Of a DNA stretch of 64,000 bases, positions 38,114-51,039 are shown one piece after another (the first letter of the stretch is position 1; every line of letters begins with the position of its first letter). This stretch comes from Perkinsus chesapeaki ATCC PRA-425. Lineage: Eukaryota > Protista > Perkinsozoa. Made by a program: the position numbers and the translations under genes. The notes below the pieces were generated by a model, which was not told where the DNA came from, searched no databases, and was given only the letters and a program-made list of their open reading frames with translations. The DNA is taken from assembly GCA_013115145.1 (NCBI GenBank), contig JAAPAO010000115.1, positions 8,279 to 72,278 on the forward strand, written 5' to 3'.

Positions 38114-39792
38114 TCATCTATGTGAGTCTTGTGTTACGTCAAGGTTTGATTGACCGTCAATTGGTCCAGTCGACCGGAATGCGGAGGTTAATTCAAGTGA
38201 TGAGCTCGATAGAACCCCCATGCTCATAGCGTGGTATCCTCTTGTACAGTTCTTGGAAAAAGGGCATCCGGAATTGGTGATTGACGGTTTTTTCTTATTT
38301 CCACTCGAATCACCTTTCTCATATACCCGCACGTCAACCGGAGCGTCCCCTTCACCACTGAACCAGCTACCAATTAGATATCCGAAATTCAATCAGTTTT
38401 TTTTTCAATGCAGACTGCATTATGCAGTCGACTTAGTCTAAAGTAATGTAGGCAAATTCACATCGGCGACACACTCAACGATAGCCAATATAGGTGGTGC
38501 ACCAAAACACGACACCCTGACGGAACTTCCATTGCAGCGTTTGTACCCTGAACTATCATTCTCCATAGCAGTATACACCCACACACAGCGACTACTGTAA
38601 GTGGTCCAAAGGCGCTAAGGACCGCGACTCGTGCTAGTTGTAGACGCAAAGTTCCTAATCTCATGCATGTACTCTCCAGCAGTGAGCTCAGCGCAATGCC
38701 TTCTAGCCCACGCTGAAGTCCACGGCTACTTTAATGAAGAGTAGGGCGGAAGCGTTGGGATTTACGAGCCACGGGCGCGAACAGATGGATTGGAATAGAA
38801 TGGATGTACAGAGCCAATTTCGGCGTTGGACTCTTAACACACACACGCGCCACGCGGGGCAGCCATATCAGGTCACGGTCTCAGGGGATCAATATACCGC
38901 ATAACAGAGGGTTCTGTTATGTGCCGAATGAGATTAAGTATGACTTGCGGAAGCTTATCCAATCAGTCCCACAGCCCAGTGTAGATCGCCGACTCAGCTT
39001 TTCTGACAATGCATCATGCAAATATTCGAATCCAGTTATCACGCGCCGAGGAGCGGCTCACTGAACCAGGATTAGGACGCGAGAGCATCCTTATCGTTGT
39101 TCTTGCTTTTCGTATTGAACCTATTGAGACATCGATCAACAGCTTTACCGACGTTTTTATTGCTATTAAGTCGCTTGCCAGGATAAAACCATTTTCAACG
39201 ACTTTCGCGCGTTCTATTTTGATATGCAATTGATATCCTAATCTCCTTATTTCCAATTACTAGGGTGTCATTCGTGTATCGAGCTTGTGTGGTTGAACGA
39301 AGCATAGGAAACTTCCATGATTGGCTCCTATTCCTATTATTAATGGAAACCTAGGGTGTTCTATCATTTATCGGACTTCTCGAGAACCGTAGCAAGCTGG
39401 TCGTGGTGAGCCACTTTGATTAGTTAACGTGCGATTCATGAACTGAAGAGCACGCGGAAGAGTGCATTTAGTGCGATTGGTGTAGTAGCGGCAGACAGTG
39501 GTAGCAGATGAGCAGTATGGAACCCAGAGCGACACACTCTACTCAAACTTTGCACCGATTTGAGTGGTTCATTATGGAGCAAAACCAACAGAGCGCACTG
39601 TGCGCGGCGTAAACATCGAGTGTTGACTGACGAGCCATTCACCTCCTTCACAAGGCAATCTACTCCATCAGGAAAATGCCAAAAAATAGCTTTGTCAGGT
39701 CTCAGATGGCCGCGGCGAGCCACACCAAGTGGGGGGTGCTTGGCCGTGTAAGAAGCCCTCACTGGAAGTTCCTTGCCATGCATTATTGACAC
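38114..39792 (-). CDS. Possible multi-exon hypothetical gene
   Basis: Co-oriented short ORFs at 38114, 38458, 39014 and 39436; no recognised motif. Confidence 0.2.
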
Positions 39793-40119
39793 CCAAGGAG
39801 AGTCGTTAACATGCTACTTGTGTTGCAAATCTGTCGCGCCATACAGCAACATGTGAAGCGCACGCGTGCTTTTCGAGACCCTACTGGGATCACCCAGGCA
39901 ATCACGGCTTCGAGGATACTAAGGTATCTAAGCTGACAGTCTCTCATCGCGACCTCAAGTGGTTGATCAAACAGCTACCAGTTCCTTTCATTAACTGTCT
40001 ACCAATAACTTATTGGCAATACCTCGAGCATTGCTATCAATAAAGAGCATGTCACCAGCTGCTGTTTCACATTTAGATACCTGTGTGTTTTCCCGTTCAG
40101 CTTTGTTTCTGACTCGTAA

Positions 40120-40282
40120 ATGAAAGCTGCCATTATATTCATCATTGTGGCTGACCTCATCTCGGAGGTAACGGGTGGCCGTCCGGTACCCATCCCCTGC
40201 TACGAAGACAGTGACTGCCCTGATAAAGGGCAGTTTTTGCACCTCGGGATGGTGCCGGCCAGTACTACTGTATAAGGTCTAG
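40120..40282 (+). pseudogene. Second secreted 4-Cys peptide copy with a +1 frameshift in a T5 run (40234-40238)
   Basis: MKAAIIFIIVADLISEVTGGRPVPIPCYEDSDCPDKGQF; deleting one T gives CTSGWCRPVLLYKV*. Confidence 0.65.
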
Positions 40283-41365
40283 GAGTCTGAAGATATGAAC
40301 TATTGAATCTACCTTTCCGCTACTTATCATGCTATCATTAAACCTGGCTTACCCAGGTTGACGATCTTACTCGAGAACCACCGTTATCTTTGGGATAGTC
40401 GTTTATGCGGCTGTTGTGTTACATAGAGGTTTATTAGTTCAGCCGGCTCATCTATATTCGGATGCATTATGAGACACATGATGAGCTTGATAGGATATTT
40501 ACTGCAGACATTCCAGTCGTCCTCAGGCGGTCCTCTTCGAGGACCGGTACCCACAATCAGCTAGTTAGCGTTCAAAACTGTCGCTGATAACGAGTATTGC
40601 CAGCTGGAGGACGCTATCGCTCAGTAGTACGACTTTTTCATAAACCAACGCGCATCATTTGTGCCAGATTTGTAACACTAACAGACATCTTACTTGGAAC
40701 AGAGCCCCATACAATGACAAAACAGTATAGGCATTAAATTCTCCCGGCAGCAGTTGCACATAGAATGGACAGTCTAACCAAGCCATTTTGGCGTTGGACT
40801 ATAAACTCACACACACAGTAGAAATATGAATTGTACCATGTCGCCTGCTGTTGGAGTCCAACAGTTGGATCTATCATAGACCACCTGCTGGTTACCAGCT
40901 ACTGGTAGGAGGTCTACTGCAGTAATCATTGCTGAGCAACGATTCGGCTTACCCGGAGTTCGGGTCGTGAACTCGTTCTGCTGTAGTGACAGCGGATAAT
41001 ATATCTCTCACTTAGAACGACAACAATGGAAAGCGTAACGAAACTGATATTATTATACCGAACTAACTAATCTACGAACGTGCGTGCCCTGAAGCAACAA
41101 ATTGTAGCTACAATAGGCAACAAAAGCAACAATAGCAAGCATAGCAAGTCTGTATAAGTGAGCAAAGAGGATCTTGCCTCCGACAGCAACGAAAAAGCTG
41201 GTTCATAATATTGCCTAGCAGGTACTGCCTACTATAAGGGGGTCGATTATCGACCGCCGATATTATCGACCCGGTAATGAAATGTGCAATTACTGAAAAT
41301 GAGTTTATACTCTAATGTGCTTCATAGCCTGACAATACAACTCTTTTGTAGGATAGAGCTCTAAA

Positions 41366-41764
41366 TCAGCAATTCGATTTCTTAAATATCACGAGTCCTA
41401 TTTGCGGCACGAAAGTTGCCAGCTCGTCATTCTGGTAACCGAGATACTGGAGGCTTTCCAAACTAACCGGAGGATCAAACCTGTCAAACAAGGTCTTAAG
41501 GTTTGGGTTGCTGATGTCGATCTTAATTTGATCTTCACCATTCATCGTATAACCGATGTTCTTAGCGGAGCCTGACCTTAAAAGGATCTTCACGTCGAGG
41601 TCAAATAAACCACCATGGAAATCGAAGCTGATCTTGCTGCTACCAAGCCTACCAAATTTCCTACAGTACATACCATTAGGGGTAATTTGGGAAAGTACAA
41701 TAGGATCATAGATGCATACAGCAACAACCAATAGACAGCGAATGACGGATTCAGAGAAAGCCAT
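41366..41764 (-). CDS. Small secreted hypothetical protein (132 aa)
   Basis: MAFSESVIRCLLVVAVCIYD signal-like segment, then PNGMYC...; intronless; terminal Cys. Confidence 0.65.
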   Translation of the reverse strand: MAFSESVIRCLLVVAVCIYDPIVLSQITPNGMYCRKFGRLGSSKISFDFHGGLFDLDVKILLRSGSAKNIGYTMNGEDQIKIDISNPNLKTLFDRFDPPVSLESLQYLGYQNDELATFVPQIGLVIFKKSNC

Positions 41765-43154
41765 TATTGACGCAGAGCACAACTTTCCTTTGCCTCGGTA
41801 ATAAACAGTGAACAGAGTTTAGCACTTACGCTTTAGGGGAGCCGCGGAGACATCAGTTCTGTCACCGTGACGGTGACATGGCTTAGAAGCGGTTATTGCA
41901 TCGAGCACCATTGGAACTCTAGGGAGTTCTTTTTAGTAGTCCACTCTTGAAAATCTCTCGGGGTAACACGCGGATAACTCCCTCAAGTTGTTAGCGGACT
42001 CGGATTGATGTGTATGTTCCCTCTAGTGGTAATGAATGTTGCGCATTGAGGAGCAACAGTCAGGTAGACGGTTGCCAACCGTCGGTTGGTTAATGTAGTC
42101 CCCGAATTATAATAACTCGTTCATGATGAAACGACCAATGACGAAAGATCGACTGTTCGTCGAGGAGACTGAGATTCCGGGATGGGTGAAAGTTGCTGTC
42201 TAGAGTTGAGGAATCAACGGGCTTGCCTAGAATAGACAGCGTGGCGCATGGAGGCTCCATGATGGAGCGTCATGGATGAAGCCTCAATTTTACAAGGCTC
42301 TATGATACAGTATTAGCTTCCAGAACATGTATTTCTTAGAATCTGGGGTACATCAGCATTTTAGTGTCACGTATTTGGTATTTTGTGCTTAGTATATTGT
42401 GAGTATAGCTGTTACTGACATACACACGTGATTTCAGTGAGCTATTCGCAGTCGTACCAGATATATGGGAAAAGAACGCCTCAGCTAGGGATGGGCACCG
42501 GATTGTTAACATTATATCCGTTCCGGTCCGATCCGGCCTTGTGTTCGCTAGTCCGGTGCGCTCCGGTGAGTCCGGTCATTGAATTAATTGAGCTGCTCAG
42601 TATAAGCACTGTCGATTCAATAGTATTGAATACATATCAGTGATATGTATGGTGCACGGGTAGCGGGTATCTGCAGCAGATTGTACCACAATCAAACTGT
42701 TGCTATTAACACGCGCAATATCACCATTTGGGCGATCGCGACAGATACTTATGCTATTCCCGCGGGAACCCTGTGGGTTCCGAGTCGGGCTCGGTGAGCC
42801 CACTCAAGAATAAGAGTCTTTTCTTCATCACGCGGAACTATTCATGCCTCATGGTACCTCACGCCTCCTGCGAGTCGCGTTACCAGGAAGCCCGCTTATA
42901 CCCCTTCTGCTTGAGGATCGGCTGAAGACGGTGATGATCACCGTCACGATCATCGTGGCAGCATATGCGCTAGACAGCAGGTGTTCTACTGACTTCTCAA
43001 TGAGAAGTTCTCATAATCGTTGCTGGATCGTTGTCCGTTTCTCGACCTCCCTTCTAGCATGTTCCGTCAAGTTAAAAGCGAAATGGGGAAGAACTTCGAA
43101 GTGTAAATGAAACACTGAATGCTGTAAAGTAACCGTGGCGGCTGATCCACCGTG

Positions 43155-43190
43155 GATCTGGGGTCCAGATTCTGGGGTCCAGATTCTGGG
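43155..43190. repeat. 14-bp tandem repeat GATTCTGGGGTCCA, ~2.5 copies
   Basis: Seen directly; overlaps the palindrome GATCCACCGTGGATC. Confidence 0.85.
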
Positions 43191-44993
43191 CTAGAGCCAC
43201 CAGAGGCGCCAGATCATCAAGCCCTCATAGGAACTTTTGACTTTAAAACTCGACGCAGGTGTGCCGTTATATAAGCCCTTAATTGTTCAGCCGGCCGATT
43301 CGTTCGCGAAGGCTAATGCACATTATGAGCTTGATCGAATAGTGCGAACTTCGGACTCCGAAGGCTGGCTCACAACTTGAGCAATACATGCGGTTAACGG
43401 AATTCGGGTTTGATCTTACTCTCAGTACAGTACTAATATTACTTAGTCAGGCGACCATATTATGGGGCCCATAATACGGAATTTGCATGCCGGGTTCGGT
43501 AGAATCAATCATTGATATGGGACCGTGGAATCGTCGATAGTCATTGCCAATGAATCATTGGGCTTGTTCTCAATGAGAAGCGGCTATCACAATCAACTCA
43601 TGAGCACTCCAAACTGTCCGTGACATTGTTAGCTGGACAATGCAAGCAATTACTAGCACGACTCGAGTCGTCGACTCTCCCTGGAAAAGTTTCTCATGAC
43701 CCAAGGCCCTTTGAGCTTGATATCGGGGTTTGGGAAATGATCAAAGGAACACTGCCGTCCACCGCGCAGGTGAAGAACAAGAAACTGCGGCGTTCGCTAG
43801 TTTGTGTTAAAAAACGGTCTATTATAGACCCAGTAGTATCTATTGGATGTGTTCAACACATTGTGTTGAATAGATTGGGGCACTATAAGAACTTTGTCCC
43901 GCAGTTAAGACTTACTGCGGATAAGTCTCGGTGTCTTAATGAACTTCATAATATGAACCCGCGAACTGTACTAAGAACAAGAACGTGGATCTCGTCTCCA
44001 TCTGAAATAAAATGATTGCGGCATAGTATGATAAAATCGTAAAGTAGAAGCGATGGACTCCATCATGGAGTCTCCATGGCACGGAGCCAATGGGGTCGTT
44101 CCAAAGACTTTGCCTACTACGTTTACTACGTTTCTTTACGATTTTTCCAAGATCCTGTGTAAGACGCTGTCTCCCACGCAATTGATGTAGTGGAAATGAC
44201 TGGTCGTAAAGCAGCTTCAAGGAGCAGAGCTTCCCGTTTTCAATTGAATTGAATCAATTCCCACTTGCTTCACGATTCTTAAATACAAGCATAGTGCTTA
44301 TGCCATACCCCACTGGTTATCGAGCGAACCTTTCCGCTCCCCCTCGCACGGTGAGACTGTCATTAATACTTGTACAAATGCCAGAGTGATAACGTTATGA
44401 TAACGGAGGTTAGCCAGCCTCAAGGGCATTGTAAAAACGCAAGCCGGAGGTTGTAATAGACTGTTTCCTAGTATGAGTGAGACCAGAAAGGCAAGACATG
44501 TAGATTATCTAGACTTTACCTACTGTTTATATGGCCTAATAGACAGCTGCCTAAGAGACAGCGCCTACTTATTACTAGAGGTCATACAGATTTCGTTTAC
44601 ATCAATAGCTGCACTGAAGAGCGCGCCGAGTCTTCTCGGCTCTGGGAACTGCTCGTTGTGCATTCTCATTCATCAAATGTACACAGAATCTATAACAGAT
44701 ACCCATCCATATAGAGTATATAGGAATAACCACTTGAAGTTTCTAGTGTAAAGAAAAAACAAACCGGATATAATAGCCACAACAATGAAGTTGTTAAGTA
44801 CTGCCGTATATTTAAGGAGAGACTAAGGCAGACTCAAGAGACGAAGGCAGAGGACCATAGCAGCAAGAACAGCCTGCCTATGTTAATCGGTGATTACTCA
44901 GAACAGCAGTCGCATAGCATGAATCCACATTTGATACGGATGGCCTGACACGCCAGCGTAAGTTCAGGGACAAGCCATACAACAAGGCAATAT

Positions 44994-45272
44994 TTACAGA
45001 ATACGCAGTCGCTCTTCTTGGAAAGCCGGCGATGGACATCGGTATCTAAACGATTGTCCAGGACAATAGTGTAAGGACAACTTGTCCTTACTGCCATCAA
45101 CGGAACGATTTGTTCCAGTATCCAATTGTGACCACTGTGACGGTTCTTCATCTCTGTGGTAGTCTCGTATCACTGGGGGATACTCCTCTCTAAGATAACC
45201 CACATTGCCTTCAAGGGGAGTGACTGAGCAGAGGAGGGAGGTGAGCAGGAGGACGTTCACTAGGAAATGCAT
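44994..45272 (-). CDS. Possible small secreted protein or fragment
   Basis: MHFLVNVLLLTSLLCSVTP is signal-peptide-like; the rest is unrecognised. Confidence 0.3.
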   Translation of the reverse strand: MHFLVNVLLLTSLLCSVTPLEGNVGYLREEYPPVIRDYHRDEEPSQWSQLDTGTNRSVDGSKDKLSLHYCPGQSFRYRCPSPAFQEERLRIL

Positions 45273-46582
45273 TATATCAAAAGTTTAAGGGGAAATGCTC
45301 AGCTGGTTACTAGAACACTGGTCTACTTTAGACAGAGGATCAGAATGACTGCTTCGGTAGCTTACATACTCTTGGTAGAGTGCCAGCCCCACAATATGGA
45401 GCCCGCAGATGGTCCCACGGAGCCTATTCCTGTTGGACTACTGAAGAGATCTTGATCGCACTCCAACCTACGGCTGTCTCATCTGAGGTGCGTCACCTGT
45501 AAGACGGGAATCCCGTCACGGCATCACCTGACATAATAATAATCCCGAGTCCAGACTTCTCCATTATTCAACCCAAAGCGAGCCCTCATCATCCTGCTGA
45601 CCCCGAAGTCGTGAGATGAAAAGAAACCTATGTGTAATGATATGAGTTGATACTCATAGTCATTTTGCATTACTCCCTGCGACAGAGATACTGTCACGGA
45701 GCTCATCGTGACGGGGATTCCGCCACGGGATATAACATCACGCTCGAACCCCTTCGCCGCAGCTTTAGCGCGCAAACTATCCGGCTCGGTGATCGGCCAG
45801 GTAAGGTTGCTAAATTTATCTGAGCTCCTTCTCCATTCTCCTTGTTTTACTTCTGATTGGGAGAAGTATCCCTCCTTAGGAAGACCTCTATTACGAGGTG
45901 TAACTTACGACTCTATTTTAATAATGAGAATCGATGACTGGATTATACGATTAACTTACTATTGTATACCGTATCCTACTTGCCAGCATTATATTATTAA
46001 TCACTGCGTATTTACCAGGGTCTGCCGTATACGCTGTGATAGTAGTACTAAGTACCGCGCTACCGAGATTTTTTTGATAAGCTCGCTTAGGCCAGCAACA
46101 AGTCTAATAACACGCTAAGCGTGTTATTAGGCAAGCCTTGTCACCTTCTTTGCCCTCTAGGTCAGAATTTCCCTTTTTCATCTTCTCAGGCTTCTTATCA
46201 TCTCCTAAATGAAAGCTATCTTTGTATTCATCTTGCTAATTGCCCACTTCTATTAAGTATCATGCATCGATGATGAGTCTACTCCCTCTGAATGGGGCAG
46301 AAAAGATGCCCTAGACGCGAGCAGTTCTGCATAGTTAGTTATAGTTACCCACCATGATAGTCACGTTCATTATAGCATCCCCCTGTTGGTCTGTCAAATA
46401 TGTGCCTTCATATGCCGAGCACGAATTATCCTTTTCTTGATGATCCATCAATCTAGGATATGACCTCAGGGGGTCCATTCAATACCCATTGGGTATTACC
46501 CAATTATTTTGATAAGCTACAAGTTTTCTATAATACGTTTTTGTGTTAGCTATGTTGAGTGAGAGGTAAATTGTTGATGATT

Positions 46583-46604
46583 TCATCATCATCATCATCA
46601 TCAT
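46583..46604. repeat. (CAT)n microsatellite
   Basis: Seen directly. Confidence 0.9.
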
Positions 46605-48163
46605 GGTGAGCTCCGTAAGCTCACGGCTGATGAGTCATCCGCATTTTAAATGTGCTATGTGATAGCTGATGCTTCACTGATAACTCAGTATAATCATTCA
46701 CCGGTGATAATGACGAACCGTCTGCATCCTACCGCGCCACATTCAAAATGTGTCTGCGTGTCCTCCTTAAGCCCTCAAACGAATGGATCGAACTTTAAGG
46801 ACGGTTTAGGCTACAGATCTTACGGAGCTTCAATAGTCTGTCAAGACCGTACCATGGCAGGCAATTTCAGTAGTAGCGTTCACTGCACGAACCAATTTAC
46901 AGGGCGACATGCAACCTGCATTTCAGGGTCACTCGCAGCCGACATCAGGCTGCCGACTCAGGAGCAACGAGACAGGCCGTTACAAGATAAAACGGCATGA
47001 GGCGATATTCATTTGCATTCCACTGTAGAGTTATACATTAATTCCTGTGACAAAGTTGTTGTCACAGGAGCTAATGTGTCATGTCACGATCGAGCATCAT
47101 CCCCTTAGTTGCCTCAATATTAGCAAGTCTCGTCGCTGTCCTAGTGAGCTCGCTTAAGCCCGTGAGTTCTCTTCGCTCTCCGATGATCTCCTTTTCTATT
47201 TCATATCTCCTTTATGGAAGCTATCCTCGTCTTGATCTGTCACGCTGTGTGTTTTTATGTTCATGAGTATTCCAGGTGAATATTCCAGCAAAAAACTGAT
47301 GAAAACGCGACCTCTAGGCAGGGGCTCAGCCAGGCGTATAAATGTACGTCTTTAGGCGTACAGAGCAATAGTAGGTTAACCCGCGAGTCCTGGCTGGGGG
47401 TAGATGGCTTTCGAATTGAGATACCCCGTTCCGCCTTCCAAAGTGCAGTGCGCTAACGCCGAGCCGGAACAAGCTGTGCATCCCCCTCCCAACCACTGTT
47501 GTGTCGCACAATATATCATGTGTAGCGTAAATAGCGAAATGAAGTCCACATCCCAAATAAGAATCATGGTCTTAGTGATCATTTGTACGAGGCTGTCCCT
47601 GGTATGGAGGCAGATAATATATATGGATTCGAGGCACTTAAGGGAATTACATCATATAGAAAGATTGATGAAAGACAATTGATAGGGAATCTTATGAAAA
47701 AGCGATCTCTTCACTGTGGAAAAGCTTCGGATCAAATTCAAAGCATATTAGGAATGCGTGTTCCGCATTTGTAATAGGTGTCTTGTAGAGATTGTCCCAG
47801 AGACGATGCGTCACCCCAAAATCTATTCCGTCCCGGCTCCATTGAATGGAGATAACAGCACTTAATTCCCACGCCCTGATAGTTAACGCTGATGAACCAC
47901 TAAGTAACGAACTGCTGTCAGCGAGCCTGGATTATCATGTACACCTCGGATCGGTGATGACGTGACTTAACACCTGCCCAAAGCGACAAGACAGGCTAAG
48001 GTGCACAGACAGTGATGTCGCTGCTTCAAAGGAGCACATTGCTTTGGAAAGCGCGCGGTCACCGTAGGCTCCACGGTGTGGTGGTGCAAACCTGGGTCGT
48101 TCTGAGAAATACGTGAATAGAGTGGATACTCAGTGTATAGCCGTTTTAAATCCTTGATTATCC

Positions 48164-49276
48164 ATGCTCGATTACAGGCTAATGATTACTGCCATTTATT
48201 CGGCAAGCATGAGCAGTATGGTGTATCCGGTATGCAGTCAGATATCTTTGCCTTTCAGCGATAATAAAGTGGCTGGGATGGCCTTCGATGGTCAGCCATT
48301 GGACTTATATCTCGACTCGGGCCAGAGTGGAACTTATGTTATATATAAGGAGTTTTATGAGAAGACCTATGGTAGATGTCCGCCCAAGACGTGCTATACT
48401 TGCATCAAAAAGTGCCATCCCTACAGTGAGAAAAAGTTCATCTTAAAGTTTGATGATGGCAGTGCAATCACAACTGTCCATCATTATGGTGTTGTAGAAC
48501 TCGCAGGTCATAAGCTAGAGATGGAATTCGGAGTTATTATAGGATGGTCTCCAAGTCCGAAGTTCCCGACTGAGAGACCTCTGAACTACTTGGGGCTTGA
48601 ATACCATCGTGTTGCATCTGGTGAGAACATTATGATACAGCTGTTCCTGAAGAAGATTATATCCGAGAAAAGGGTATCGATATGTGTATCTAGCGATGCT
48701 AAAACCTTCACTGGTGAGGTTATACTCGGCGCATTCAAAGAGAAGCAGTGTCCAACCACCTCCCCCAAAATAGTGCTTCCGGTAAAATCATCCGGATACT
48801 TCGATACGGCACTCCTGTCACTTGGCTTGGTGAGTCCCAAAGGCAAATCTTCCATAAAGCATTTGCCCGATGGTATAGCGGTCTATGATACAGGAACATA
48901 TTGCATTGTTCTACCTGAGCCATACTTCGAGTTTGTATTGAATACGATTACCCAAATTGTCAAGCAAGCTTCAGGCCTGGACGTTCGAGTTGAAATAAAA
49001 GATGGTTTATGGTACATTGAACAGAGAGGATATGACTACCTTCCTAGGCTGGCATTTGTCGTCGGTGATCCCGAGAACCACAGAACTATATATATCCCGC
49101 CCAGGCACTATACGAAGGACTGTGATGGCACTTGGTGTATTCTTCTACTACTACAGCACAACTTCGCCGAAATACTACTTGGTCGTCCAGTTTTTACGAC
49201 TTACTTTTCTTCATTCGTAGAAAATAAGGAAGGTCAGAGAACGGCAACATTAGCTACTTACAACAGAGGTGAATAG
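48164..49276 (+). CDS. Pepsin-like aspartyl protease (A1), intronless
   Basis: Two catalytic motifs LYLDSGQS and AVYDTGTY; ILLGRPVF near the C-terminus. Confidence 0.9.
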   Translation: MLDYRLMITAIYSASMSSMVYPVCSQISLPFSDNKVAGMAFDGQPLDLYLDSGQSGTYVIYKEFYEKTYGRCPPKTCYTCIKKCHPYSEKKFILKFDDGSAITTVHHYGVVELAGHKLEMEFGVIIGWSPSPKFPTERPLNYLGLEYHRVASGENIMIQLFLKKIISEKRVSICVSSDAKTFTGEVILGAFKEKQCPTTSPKIVLPVKSSGYFDTALLSLGLVSPKGKSSIKHLPDGIAVYDTGTYCIVLPEPYFEFVLNTITQIVKQASGLDVRVEIKDGLWYIEQRGYDYLPRLAFVVGDPENHRTIYIPPRHYTKDCDGTWCILLLLQHNFAEILLGRPVFTTYFSSFVENKEGQRTATLATYNRGE

Positions 49277-49445
49277 TAATGATCAAATATCATCCATGTT
49301 TTCAGTCATTTTTATTGGCTTTGTCATGAGACAGCGTTGGGTTATAAATTCAACTTGTCATACGACCTGTGGTTACACGCAAAAGCAATTTTTATCCGTC
49401 TAACGAAACTACTCTGGAGGTCGCAAACAAAAACCTCGACAACTT

Positions 49446-49446
49446 C

Positions 49447-49477
<31 letters not shown>
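49446..49477. repeat. (CAA)n microsatellite
   Basis: Seen directly. Confidence 0.9.
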
Positions 49478-51039
49478 TTCGGCGTGATTATTGTCTGTCG
49501 CAGTAGAAATACTGCAAGCCGGCCACTACTGTATACCAGGACCTTCTGCTCTGACGATGATGTGTAACTTTAACCTGGCCGTACTGTATGGTCGTCCATA
49601 CACTCCCTATCTGGTGCGCTGTTAATGACAGCCTGTTATATGGAGCTTTGAGAGAGAATAGTATTCTCGGAATACTATTAGTTAACATTCCAAGATCATC
49701 CGGCATTGCACCTCCGACAAACTCTCTGATAGCTTTTCTGGGCCATCTTGACTCAGTGGTGGAGCACATTCTCGAAGCTATCATCAATCGTGTTTCCGAT
49801 TTATAACTTCGATAACGTAATAACATAATATAACAATGGGAGTATGTTTGACAGGTACACTCATAAGGCTTCAGAGGAGCTGACACAGAGATCAAACCGA
49901 GCGACTAATCATTTATAACGGCGATCGAATGTGAACTATTGGGAGGTTTCCGATGAGAACCCACTCGCCGTTCGGTAAGTAATAGTCAGTACTATTTATC
50001 TAGACGAGCAATCAAGTAACTGGTACATTTGAGAGTTGGTACTCAGAGTTGTCGTGGATAATCCATGTAGGACCTCACCTAGAGCGTAAGAGCATTGCTC
50101 TAGACGACTGATGTCGCCTGAAATTCGCCATTTACCTGGGACGGTTCCGGTTGAGCACGACTAGCTAAACAAACGATTAGTAGCAATTTGCTTGAACGGT
50201 GAACCTTAATTTGCTACTAGCAAATGAAGGTTTACCGTTCAAGTCATCAAAAGGCCTTCAAAACTGTTCAGGTTTACATGTAATAGTTGCATCGAATAAG
50301 CTCAACTGGGCTAATTAGGGCACTATTCAACCAATGTTGACTGATTCAGCAAGGTTAATAAGTTAGAGTCGAAACGTGATCATTGTTCAAAATTGAGTCG
50401 ATGCCATGTCATTCAAAAGTCTGATACTATTACACCATTACTTCCACTAACAATGATAATCTTTACTCATGTGTATATATGTTCTTCAGTGTGTTCGATC
50501 TTGGTATTCCAAAATGAAAAACAACTTAATAATTTCATCAACTTTGGGACTAGAACATGAAACTTTCGATGTCATGAAAGGATGGTACGTCCTAAGCATT
50601 AGAAAACATTTCATGTCTATTGTCATAATCGATCACGAACCGTTTACATAGTTAGGGCGAGCAAGATCTTTTACACCTCTGCGCGCTGTCCAGTATGCGT
50701 ATCCAGTGGATACTGTCCAATTCGCTCTGCGCACATACATGTATTAAGATGAACCATTCCTCCTACCGAATCAGCTGAATTCTCGTACAGAATCTGGTCA
50801 ATGACCGCTGAAAGTGCGCTTGGCACTTCCAGAGAGGGAAAAAAGCCAATGAAGTTCCACAACACGCACTGAGGCTGTCATCGGGCAACTCAAGCACGAA
50901 ATACGCTCTTCACTCGAGAGGCCCCAAGAGTCTCGAAGCCACAGCATGGCTGAGCGGTGTCAATGACGAGCCGTATCGGGTAAAATAGGTGATTCCGTGG
51001 ATGTTGCGTTTGTCTTCTCTCGCATTCTTATTCTATTTT

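Noticed and set aside
43620-44220. Opposing short ORFs as retroelement remnants
   Set aside because: No RT, integrase or endonuclease motifs could be identified.
48058-48075. ACCGTAGG as a spliced-leader relic upstream of the aspartyl protease
   Set aside because: Only 7 nt match the leader start; the rest does not align. No SL RNA gene was seen in the window.
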